From an uncultured Oscillospiraceae bacterium (GTDB lineage: Bacteria; Bacillota; Clostridia; Oscillospirales; Ruminococcaceae): DNA of 64,000 bases. Shown piece by piece: positions 57,031-64,000 of this stretch. Each line of letters opens with the position of its first letter. The first letter of the stretch is position 1. Below the pieces are notes generated by a model. That model was given only the letters and a program-made list of their open reading frames with translations, did not search any database and had not been told where the DNA came from. The stretch covers positions 71,003-135,002 of the forward strand of contig CAKSEY010000004.1 in the NCBI GenBank assembly GCA_934448295.1, given 5' to 3'. The position numbers and the translations under genes were made by a program.

Positions 57031-57059
57031 ATTATAGCACATCTGCGGCGTAACGTCAA
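57031..57059 (-). promoter_or_regulatory. Sigma-A promoter for the choloylglycine hydrolase gene
   Basis: TTGACG-17 nt-TATAAT; the -35 overlaps the anti-sigma stop codon. Confidence 0.55.
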
Positions 57060-59836
57060 TACGGGTAATAGAATCTGTCCAGCCTCCAGCCGTCTGCTTC
57101 CTTGACAGCGTTGATCGTGTAGGCGTCGGTCTTTCCGGTGGAGCCGCCGTGCACGTCGTCGTTATAGGAAACAGTGTAGGTTATCTCCGCCTGGGTTCCC
57201 TCCGGGTTCTCCCATGTGACCTCCGGAATGACCTCGTATATTTCAGGGTCAGTGCCGCGCCCGCCCATCATGCTGTACATCCTGCCGTTGTATTCGATAA
57301 CGCTGCGGCCTGTCACATACCGGAGCGCTTCCTCGGCAACATCATGGGTATAGACCTGCCCGAAAGCGGCAAGCAGACCATCGCGCGTGCGCCAGTCCTT
57401 GTTCCTGATTTCGCAAACCCACTGGGTTTTGCCGTTTACTTCAGTTTCAAAGCCCCATCCCATCCAGTCGGGGTCGTTCACCACAAAATCAAACCACAGC
57501 CTGCGCGCCTGGCTGTCAAGGCTAAGGAGTGCGCTTTCAATGTTGTCTGACGAATTGTTATAAACAACGGTTTTGCCGTCTTTATTCGTGATGAATCCGT
57601 CGTCGGTGAGGGTAAACTCGCTGTCGGCATAGGTTTCCACCCTGTTCCATGCATGGCGGTCGGTGACGAGCCATATCGTGCCGTCCGAGGGGTTGTGCTT
57701 TGTTATCAGTATATATTTTCCCCTGAAATATATCTCTGGGTCGGCGTCCGTATAGTCAATGAGCAGGGTATTCATGCATGAATCCTGAACATACTCATAA
57801 ATCATCGCTTCATTATCATTAAATCTTGATATCACGAACAGCGAGCCGCCGTTATCCATGACGCTGATATGCTCTGAGTTGGCAATGAATTCATACAGGT
57901 CAAGCTGCTGATTCCACCAGTACACATCATCGCACTGCCCCTCCGTGGTGGAATACCTGCGGACGATATACAGCTCCGCTCCGTCAGAGTCCTGCACCAG
58001 ACGATATTCAAGCTCTATATCCGATCCGGTAAGTTCTTCCGGCTCTGCGCCGGTTCTCCAGTCGCCCAACGGATAGAAACCGTAATTTTTCAGCGGCGAC
58101 CAGAAATTTTCAATATCGTTGATATCTCCGCTCTGGGGAGTGAGCGTATACGTCCACTTTCCGCCGCTCTCTGAGAACTCCGCGATAAAGGAGCGTTTGA
58201 TCACGCCCTCGTATGTGCCGCCGGGCTCAAGGGATTTCCACGGAGTTTCCGCGTCATACAGGTCAACGTATATCACCGGGTGTTCAGGGTCTGTGATGTC
58301 GAGCTTGTTGCTTTCGCAGTGGTTTTCCAAATCGCCGAATGTATCGACGCTTACCGGAACGCGCTTCCAGTGCATTCCTGCGAAATCGGCTTCCGCGTTT
58401 TCAAACAGTTCATAAACTGCTTCTGAGAGCGCTGGGTCGTCAGCTTCCGCAAGGAATTTCATTATTCCAAGGCGCGATATCGCGGTCTGACCAAGCGCAT
58501 CCTGTTCACTTCCGTTGCCGTTCCAGTAATGATATCTGTATTCAGCAAAGGAGCGACAGTCGTCCTCGGAATAGTCGTATACAAACATTCTCTCCGGGTC
58601 GTTTTTCATGACCACCCACAGGCTGTTGTAATCCGATTTGCTCTCGCCGCGCAGCATGAAGAACGCGGTATTGTCCGCATTTGCCGCAAACCCGCCGCAG
58701 GTCATTCCTCCGGGAGACAGGTCGAACACAGTGTCATATCTGTACTGCAAATACTCCGAGCCTGTGACTTTCCTTTCATCGGCGCTGTACTGTGACCACG
58801 AGCCTACGAACCAGGTTTCGAATAGCTTCATAGCTTCTTTGTCGGTTCTGAAATCCAGCTCCGACATATCGAACGTACCCTGAATCGGCTGCTTTGTTTT
58901 CTGGGCGGTCTGCGCCTTTTCAACAAGGTACTCCGCAAGCGCCTGCGTGTCGTAAAAGCCGTAGTATTTCGCGGGGTTTACATTCGTGGTGGTGGGGTAT
59001 TCCACGGCGTCTCCGCCGGAATTGTTCTCTATCGGATAGTTCGCTATCGGAAGCCCGCCGAGCACGCTGCTTCTCACCGCCGCATAGTCCTTTCCGTCAA
59101 CGGTTATGATGTCGGAAAGCGCGAACTCCGCCGAAAGCCGGTACTCCCCGTCGGTGCAGTACAGCGCCGCCAGAATACGGTCGCCGATGGAATAGACCGG
59201 GCAGCCCACGGACTGATTCGACTCCGTTCCGCGAACCACGAAATGAATGCTTCTGCCCTGCTGCTCAAGCCCGGTGAGGTTCATGAAACACTCGTCCACC
59301 GTGACCTCATAGACTGAGAAGCTGTCGTCAATAGCGCCAAGGCAGTTTGTCACCGTGAATTCCGCAACGAGCTGGGTCCTGTAAATATTGCCGTTCTGGC
59401 TGTCAAGCTCCGCCCTGACGGCATAGTCCGTGTTCAGCGTTACTTCACCGCAGTTTATGTCCCTGTTCTCATACCGCGGGAGGTCGTCAACATTCAGGAT
59501 ATCGCCCGCATCGGCTTCGGAGGTCTGCGAACCGCTCTCGGCGGGCTGCGTCTGCTGTACGGGGATAAGTCCGCCCTTGAATGCCGCCGTAACTCCCACC
59601 GCAATGACTGCCGCTGCTGCCGCTGTGCTGATAAGCGCAGTCCTGAGCGGCTTTTTCTTCTTGGGCACCGGGCGGTACTCATGGTCGAAGTTCATGAACG
59701 CATCTGCATACATTCCGGCGGAACCGTCATGAGCGCCTGTTTTCACAGAATCCACAAAGCGCTTTTCAAGCTCGGACAGCCTTTCTTCGGAGAGCGACAT
59801 CCTGTCGTATGCCGTTCTGAGTTCGTTTTCAGTCAT
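57056..59836 (-). CDS. Membrane-anchored anti-sigma factor with an ~830-aa extracytoplasmic domain of unknown fold
   Basis: 4-nt overlap (ATGA) with the upstream ECF sigma gene. ~60-aa cytoplasmic N-terminus, a KKKK stop-transfer, one TM (ALISTAAAAAVIAVGVTAAF), then a large Trp/Tyr/Asp-rich secreted region with no recognisable domain. Confidence 0.6.
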   Translation of the reverse strand: MTENELRTAYDRMSLSEERLSELEKRFVDSVKTGAHDGSAGMYADAFMNFDHEYRPVPKKKKPLRTALISTAAAAAVIAVGVTAAFKGGLIPVQQTQPAESGSQTSEADAGDILNVDDLPRYENRDINCGEVTLNTDYAVRAELDSQNGNIYRTQLVAEFTVTNCLGAIDDSFSVYEVTVDECFMNLTGLEQQGRSIHFVVRGTESNQSVGCPVYSIGDRILAALYCTDGEYRLSAEFALSDIITVDGKDYAAVRSSVLGGLPIANYPIENNSGGDAVEYPTTTNVNPAKYYGFYDTQALAEYLVEKAQTAQKTKQPIQGTFDMSELDFRTDKEAMKLFETWFVGSWSQYSADERKVTGSEYLQYRYDTVFDLSPGGMTCGGFAANADNTAFFMLRGESKSDYNSLWVVMKNDPERMFVYDYSEDDCRSFAEYRYHYWNGNGSEQDALGQTAISRLGIMKFLAEADDPALSEAVYELFENAEADFAGMHWKRVPVSVDTFGDLENHCESNKLDITDPEHPVIYVDLYDAETPWKSLEPGGTYEGVIKRSFIAEFSESGGKWTYTLTPQSGDINDIENFWSPLKNYGFYPLGDWRTGAEPEELTGSDIELEYRLVQDSDGAELYIVRRYSTTEGQCDDVYWWNQQLDLYEFIANSEHISVMDNGGSLFVISRFNDNEAMIYEYVQDSCMNTLLIDYTDADPEIYFRGKYILITKHNPSDGTIWLVTDRHAWNRVETYADSEFTLTDDGFITNKDGKTVVYNNSSDNIESALLSLDSQARRLWFDFVVNDPDWMGWGFETEVNGKTQWVCEIRNKDWRTRDGLLAAFGQVYTHDVAEEALRYVTGRSVIEYNGRMYSMMGGRGTDPEIYEVIPEVTWENPEGTQAEITYTVSYNDDVHGGSTGKTDAYTINAVKEADGWRLDRFYYPY

Positions 59837-60330
59837 TTCGATCCCTCCTCCAGAATTATTTTCAGCAGCTTCCTGCCCTTTGCCAGCCTTTTATAGACCG
59901 TGTTTTCAGTGATATCAAGCGCGTACGCTATCTCGGCGGCTGGCATATCCTCGTAATAAAACAGGTACACCACCGTCTTTATCATCTCCGGCAGACTCAG
60001 TACCATATCCAGCAGCTCGTTTTCGCGCTTCTGGGGCGCCGCTACCTCCGCCGCCTGGTCAAGCGGAACGCTGCGCTTTACCCGCGCTGATTTCACAACG
60101 TTGAGCGCCCTGTGCTCCGCCATCTGGATAAGCCAGTACTTCATGTGGGTCTCATCGTTGAACCCGCTGTGCGCCGCTGCCGCCGTGAAGCACTCCATCA
60201 GTATATCCTCGGCCTCCTCCGGGATTTTTACGATCCCGAGGGCGATCCTGTAAACCATGTTGGCGTACTGCCTGAAAACTGCGGCCGCGTTCTCCTGCGT
60301 TATCTGGAACACCGAGACCTCCCCTTTCAT
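59833..60330 (-). CDS. ECF-type RNA polymerase sigma-70 factor
   Basis: Region 2 (VYRIALGIVKIPEEAEDILMECF) and region 4 HTH (DMPAAEIAYALDITENTVYKRLAKGRKLL). Confidence 0.85.
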   Translation of the reverse strand: MKGEVSVFQITQENAAAVFRQYANMVYRIALGIVKIPEEAEDILMECFTAAAAHSGFNDETHMKYWLIQMAEHRALNVVKSARVKRSVPLDQAAEVAAPQKRENELLDMVLSLPEMIKTVVYLFYYEDMPAAEIAYALDITENTVYKRLAKGRKLLKIILEEGSK

Positions 60331-60394
60331 ATTTTCCTTTTGTAATTATAACATACCAGCGCGGGAAAATCTGCCCGGTCTGCGAAATTTTCTG

Positions 60395-60427
60395 CAAAAA
60401 AATTCCGGAGCAGGCGCGCCGCTCCGG
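60395..60427 (-). terminator. Bidirectional rho-independent terminator downstream of the HPt gene
   Basis: ccggagc-N9-gctccgg flanked by A7/T6 tracts. Confidence 0.55.
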
Positions 60428-60433
60428 GATTTT

Positions 60434-60793
60434 TTATATGACGCTGTCCCTGTATCTGGTCAGCGCTTCCGTGGTCATAATGTGATTCTGCTCCACCGCG
60501 GCGAACAGCTCGTCAGCCCCGTCGGCGGCGCCTGACCTCAGCAGCTCAGTCAGGTCGGAGCTGCACTCGTACAGCCTGTCGAAACCGAGATTCACGCTCA
60601 CGCCTTTCAGCGTATGCGCAGCGCGGAACGCGTCCTCTGTTCTTCCGTCCGCAAGCGCCGATTTCAGCTCGGCAAAGCTCGGGTCATTCAGGAACTTCAC
60701 CGCGACCCTTGCGATTATCGCCTCGTTCCCGAGCCTGCGGAGAACCGCGTCAAAATCTGAGCCTGTCAGCTCGTAACACTCCCTTATAGTCAT
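60434..60793 (-). CDS. Stand-alone HPt (histidine phosphotransfer) domain protein
   Basis: HPt signature AHTLKGVSVNLGF with the phospho-accepting His. Confidence 0.75.
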   Translation of the reverse strand: MTIRECYELTGSDFDAVLRRLGNEAIIARVAVKFLNDPSFAELKSALADGRTEDAFRAAHTLKGVSVNLGFDRLYECSSDLTELLRSGAADGADELFAAVEQNHIMTTEALTRYRDSVI

Positions 60794-60817
60794 AAAAACC
60801 TCTCTTTATATTTTACT

Positions 60818-61962
60818 TTACTGAGCGCAAAGCTCCCGCAGCTCATACTGTATATCGGTCAGGCACTCCAGCAGAACCGGGTTGAACTGCCCGCACTCGC
60901 CGCTTAGTATCATTTGTATCGCGGTTTCGTGCGAAAACGCTTTTTTATAGACCCTGACGCTTACCAGCGCGTCGTAAACATCCACAATGGAGACTATCTG
61001 CGCGGAAATCGGTATCTCGTCGCCCTTCAGTCCGTCCGGATAACCCCCGCCGTCCCATCTCTCGTGGTGCCAGCGGCATATCTCGCGGTTGAGTTCGGAA
61101 TCGTCAACAATAAGCACATTCAGCCGTCCGGAATTCTCGGAAACAGGGTGGGTATCCTCCGTCACGACTGTATTCTTGCGGTTCTTGGCAAGGTACATAT
61201 TCTTGTCGGCGCGGGTTATCGCGGAGGCAAGCGGCTCCTTTACAGCCATGACCCCGCCCATGCTGACGGAAAGATGAAGCCCCGGGAATCCCGGGATCTC
61301 CGACTTGTATATAACGCGCCGCATGAAGCGGAGCTGCTGTGAAAACCTTTCCTCGGTCATTCCCGGCATGACCAGCAGGAACTCGTCGCCGCCGTACCGC
61401 ACCAGAATATCCGTTGCGCGGATACATCTCCTGATTATCTCCACGGTCGTCCTGAGCGCAGCGTCGTCCGCGTCATGACCGCAGGTATCGTTGTACATCT
61501 TGAAATCGTCAAGGTCGATCATCACCACCCCGTCGGAAACTGCGGAGTTTTTCAGGCGATCCTCAAAATAGCGGCGGTCAGCGCGTCAATGTATATCTCG
61601 GTGTTGTTCCGTGCGAGCTGCGCCGCAAGCTCCTCGCGCCCGTTCAGCGAAAAAGTGGAATCTCCGGAAAGCTCCTTCTGCATCAGAATGACCGAGGGGC
61701 TGCCGTCTGTCTCAACATACACTGCGACTATCTGATATATCTGCGCGCCGATGAATTCCAGCCGGGATATCTCCTTCTTTCCGCTGAGCGCGTCAGAGAC
61801 GATCCTGTCTGTAACGGACTTGTCAATCAACCCGGCGCTGCCGTTTTCGCAGGGCTTGCCTATGTCGTCCCCGGTTATCAGTCTTACGTCAGGAAAAACG
61901 CGCCTGAATATGTTCATTTCCTCCTTAGCCTGTTCCATGGTTATCGCCACCTGCTGATCCAT
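60818..61962 (-). pseudogene. Decayed c-di-GMP signalling gene: sensor region, frameshifted GGDEF, REC fragment and HD-GYP C-terminal half
   Basis: ORF 61552..61962 ends in ...EIYIDALTAAILRIA* (start of the GGDEF DxLTGLxNR block). ORF 60818..61528 continues in another frame with DRRYFEDRL...VMIDLDDFKMYND...RYGGDEF. A ~13-aa REC-like start (VLIVDDSELNREI) then joins directly to an HD-GYP C-terminal half (HHERWDGGGYPDGL) that lacks the HD motif. Confidence 0.55.
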
Positions 61963-62146
61963 ATATCACAGCTCCTTACCTGCAATAAAGCACCCTTGTA
62001 CCTTTATGCCAGTGAATAATGCGGATCAATATCCGTTTCATCTCTCGAACAAATATATCCCATTTTATGATAATAGCGGAAATCCCCCGATAAAACCAAA
62101 GTCGGGCATGAGCCCGGCAGAACAGCGCTATTGCGTCTATCGTTGC

Positions 62147-62273
62147 TATTTATTATATCATATCCGCAAGGATATGATATAATTGTCCGAAACGCACGGA
62201 GCAAATCTTTGATTTGCGTATATGCGAGGACTTTTAATCTATAATAAATGCTTTGCATTTATTATATCATATC
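62147..62273. repeat. Two copies of the 17-mer ATTTATTATATCATATC, each forming a palindromic operator-like site
   Basis: Site 1: tatatcatatcc-gcaa-ggatatgatata (12-bp perfect inverted repeat). Site 2: catatca-tttc-tgatatg. Also gcaaatc-ttt-gatttgc nearby. The core TATATCATATC also occurs at 17590-17600. Confidence 0.35.
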
Positions 62274-62435
62274 ATTTCTGATATGTCAAAAGGTAAATCG
62301 CAAACGAATTCACATAGCAGCCACCTTTTGTTGCACTTTCACAGATTTCTTCCTCCATATGTAAAAGATGATGTAAACACCGCACAATTTTCCGGGTGGA
62401 ATTAAATCGAACCGTGCCCGGGTAATACTCCGTAT

Positions 62436-62470
62436 ACACCCAAACCTCCCTGTCAGATGGGAGGTTTGGG
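62436..62470 (-). terminator. Hairpin terminator after the methyltransferase gene
   Basis: cccaaacctccc-N8-gggaggtttggg (12-bp stem) with weak flanking T-richness on both strands. Confidence 0.4.
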
Positions 62471-62473
62471 TGC

Positions 62474-63256
62474 TTATTTCAGCTTTAATTCCGCCATTGC
62501 GGCATAGTGGATTATGTCGAACTCCGGCGGGTGTTTTTCCAGCATTTTCATGTGCTCCTGCTCCCAGAGCCGGATCTCTTCGGGAGTGAGTGACGCGCCT
62601 ACGCCACGGCAGGAACGCATTCTTCCGTTCCAGCCCTCCCGGGTGAAGTGAACGTTCAGCCTGTATTCCTCGTGCCATGCCAGTTCAAACGCGCTATAAT
62701 AGCACTCTGGAACAAATATCGGGTGCATCGTTTCCCCGGCGCCGCTCCAGTTCGGGCTGTATTTTAGTACGATCTCCTCGCTTGCGCCCGCTATCGGGTC
62801 CTCAAACGGGAGCCATTCCATGCAGAGCACAAGCAGTCTGCCGCCGGGCTTCAGTATTCTCTGAAAAACCGGAACTAGCTGCTCATGCTTAAAATACCAG
62901 AAGCACTGGCATGCGGTTATGACATCGAAGCTGTTATCCGGGAAATCCAGCTTCTCCGCCGGCATAGCACGATACTCTATATCCATGCCGCCGGACAGCC
63001 TTTTTGCCTGCTCGATCTGGTTCTCGGAAATATCCGTTCCGACCCACTGCGCGCCGAAGCGATACAAATTACGCGGAATTACGCCCGTGCCCGTGCCGAT
63101 ATCCAGAACCCTCTGCCCGGAAACGCACAGACCTCTGTCAACGATTTTCTGATAGAATTCCGGCGGGTAGATGTCCCGGAAACGTGCGTAATCCCCGGAA
63201 GTCCTGCCCCAATCGAAGGCTTTTCCGCCGTCTATCCTGCTGTCAACTATATCCAT
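62474..63256 (-). CDS. Class I SAM-dependent methyltransferase
   Basis: Start reassigned to ATG 63256 (AAGGAG RBS). Motif I VLDIGTGTG and motif post-I WVGTDIS. Confidence 0.85.
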   Translation of the reverse strand: MDIVDSRIDGGKAFDWGRTSGDYARFRDIYPPEFYQKIVDRGLCVSGQRVLDIGTGTGVIPRNLYRFGAQWVGTDISENQIEQAKRLSGGMDIEYRAMPAEKLDFPDNSFDVITACQCFWYFKHEQLVPVFQRILKPGGRLLVLCMEWLPFEDPIAGASEEIVLKYSPNWSGAGETMHPIFVPECYYSAFELAWHEEYRLNVHFTREGWNGRMRSCRGVGASLTPEEIRLWEQEHMKMLEKHPPEFDIIHYAAMAELKLK

Positions 63257-63720
63257 TATTGCTCCTTTACTGGCGGGTGCGCGCTGATGTATTCCTCCAC
63301 CATGTTCGCGGAATAACGGCAAAGCTCCGGGCATGGGCGCTTTTTGTAGTACTCCGCCGTGCGCGCCTCGGGCACCGGGGAGCCCTCCGGCTTTGAAAGT
63401 CCGAGAAGCTCCCGGCATATAAGGCTGCCGTTGTCCTGGCGGAATTTCGCCGCAAGCTCCTGTATGCGTGCGTAAAGCTCCGCCTTAGCCTGCACATTCT
63501 TCGGGTCGGAATATCCGTACAGCACGTTTATCACTATCACCGCGCCGGAAAACGTCCCGCAAACCTCCCGGAGCCGCCCCATTCCTCCGCCGAAGCCGGA
63601 GCCGAAACGCACCGCCATGTCAAAATCCATGCCGATAACGTCCGCGAATGCCCCGACCACCGCCTGAGTGCAGTTATAGCCCTGGAGGAAAAGCTCGTAT
63701 GCTCTGTCTCCCCTGGTCAC
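63256..63720 (-). CDS. C_GCAxxG_C_C-family (putative redox-active) protein
   Basis: GYNCTQAVVGAF core and later Cys residues. GTG start at 63720 with a GGAGG RBS, chosen over the upstream ATG that overlaps the mrp gene. Confidence 0.6.
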   Translation of the reverse strand: MTRGDRAYELFLQGYNCTQAVVGAFADVIGMDFDMAVRFGSGFGGGMGRLREVCGTFSGAVIVINVLYGYSDPKNVQAKAELYARIQELAAKFRQDNGSLICRELLGLSKPEGSPVPEARTAEYYKKRPCPELCRYSANMVEEYISAHPPVKEQ

Positions 63721-64000
63721 CTTGTGAACGCCTCCGCCGCGTCTGCGATCGGCTCGGCCTCGGGACATTCAAAGCCCTCGACGCTGCCGTTGTCAACCCT
63801 TACAGCCAGCTCCGGGTTTATCGGGAGCTTTGCAAGCACCTTAAGCCCGAATTTCTGCGCTGTTTCGTCAATGTGGCTCAGCCCGAACACGTTGATGTGC
63901 TTTCCGCAGTCGGGGCAGACCGCGTAGCTCATGTTCTCCACCAGACCTATCACCGGAATGTTCATCATCTCAGCCATCTTGACCGCCTTGCCCACGATCA
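63717..64000 (-). CDS. mrp: Mrp/NBP35-family Fe-S cluster carrier ATPase (C-terminal part; 5' end beyond window)
   Basis: C-terminal ApbC/Mrp motif VIGLVENMSYAVCPDCGKHINVFG. Confidence 0.8.
   Translation of the reverse strand, partial: IVGKAVKMAEMMNIPVIGLVENMSYAVCPDCGKHINVFGLSHIDETAQKFGLKVLAKLPINPELAVRVDNGSVEGFECPEAEPIADAAEAFTR

Noticed and set aside
62310-62678. 122-aa minus-strand ORF spanning the methyltransferase 3' end and terminator hairpin
   Set aside because: Overlaps a well-supported gene in another frame and the 12-bp terminator stem. Composition is Arg/Gly/Ala-rich, and there is no RBS.
63721-63768. Longer start (ATG 63768) for the C_GCAxxG_C_C gene
   Set aside because: It would overlap the mrp C-terminus by ~50 nt and encodes an Arg/Gly-rich stretch. 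A GTG at 63720 with a GGAGG RBS immediately after the mrp stop is more plausible.
1-64000. tRNA, rRNA, transposase, integrase or phage genes
   Set aside because: No GGTTCGAATCC-type T-arm signatures or cloverleaf candidates in intergenic gaps, and no rRNA-like conserved blocks. No ORF has DDE/tyrosine-recombinase/HNH motifs or terminal inverted repeats flanking a transposase-sized gene.

Overview
This is a 64-kb high-GC (~58%) window from a spore-forming, plant-polysaccharide-degrading Firmicutes/Clostridia-type chromosome (Oscillospiraceae/Ruminococcaceae-like by gene content). It is densely coded, mostly on the minus strand, and mostly core metabolism. Left to right, the core genes are typA, a ComEC-like MBL hydrolase, a YgiQ radical-SAM protein, ftsK/spoIIIE, uppP, a ClpP-like protease, sipL-like and spoIVA, an alpha/beta SASP, a Fur-family regulator, carB, hpt, tcdA, a heterodimeric ABC exporter, fba, a long histidine operon, and the polC-ispG-rseP-dxr-cdsA-uppS-frr-pyrH-hom block. 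Three carbohydrate-active enzymes are interleaved: two GH5 lipoproteins (one with an N-terminal CBM2) and a cytoplasmic GH26. The window closes with a more accessory-looking stretch: an aldo/keto reductase, a ThuA/sugar-phosphate-isomerase pair, a choloylglycine hydrolase, an ECF sigma with a 926-aa anti-sigma, an orphan HPt, a decayed GGDEF/HD-GYP gene, a methyltransferase and a partial Mrp. I found no tRNA, rRNA, CRISPR or obvious mobile elements. Four observations stand out. (1) The his operon (hisZGDB-X-hisHAF-Y-hisI-Z-hisE-W) carries four non-canonical in-operon genes (a NUDIX, a Trp-rich unknown, a Ham1-like protein, and an ECF-sigma-like/TM fusion) while lacking hisC and any recognisable histidinol-phosphate phosphatase. 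(2) An ECF sigma is paired with a giant anti-sigma whose extracytoplasmic domain I do not recognise, and a bile-salt-hydrolase-family gene sits immediately downstream. (3) A dispersed family of palindromic intergenic elements shares the core CTGYCGATAAAC(CGCC). (4) A frameshifted, internally deleted GGDEF/REC/HD-GYP gene is preceded by a palindrome-dense region with a repeated 17-mer whose 11-nt core also occurs upstream of carB.
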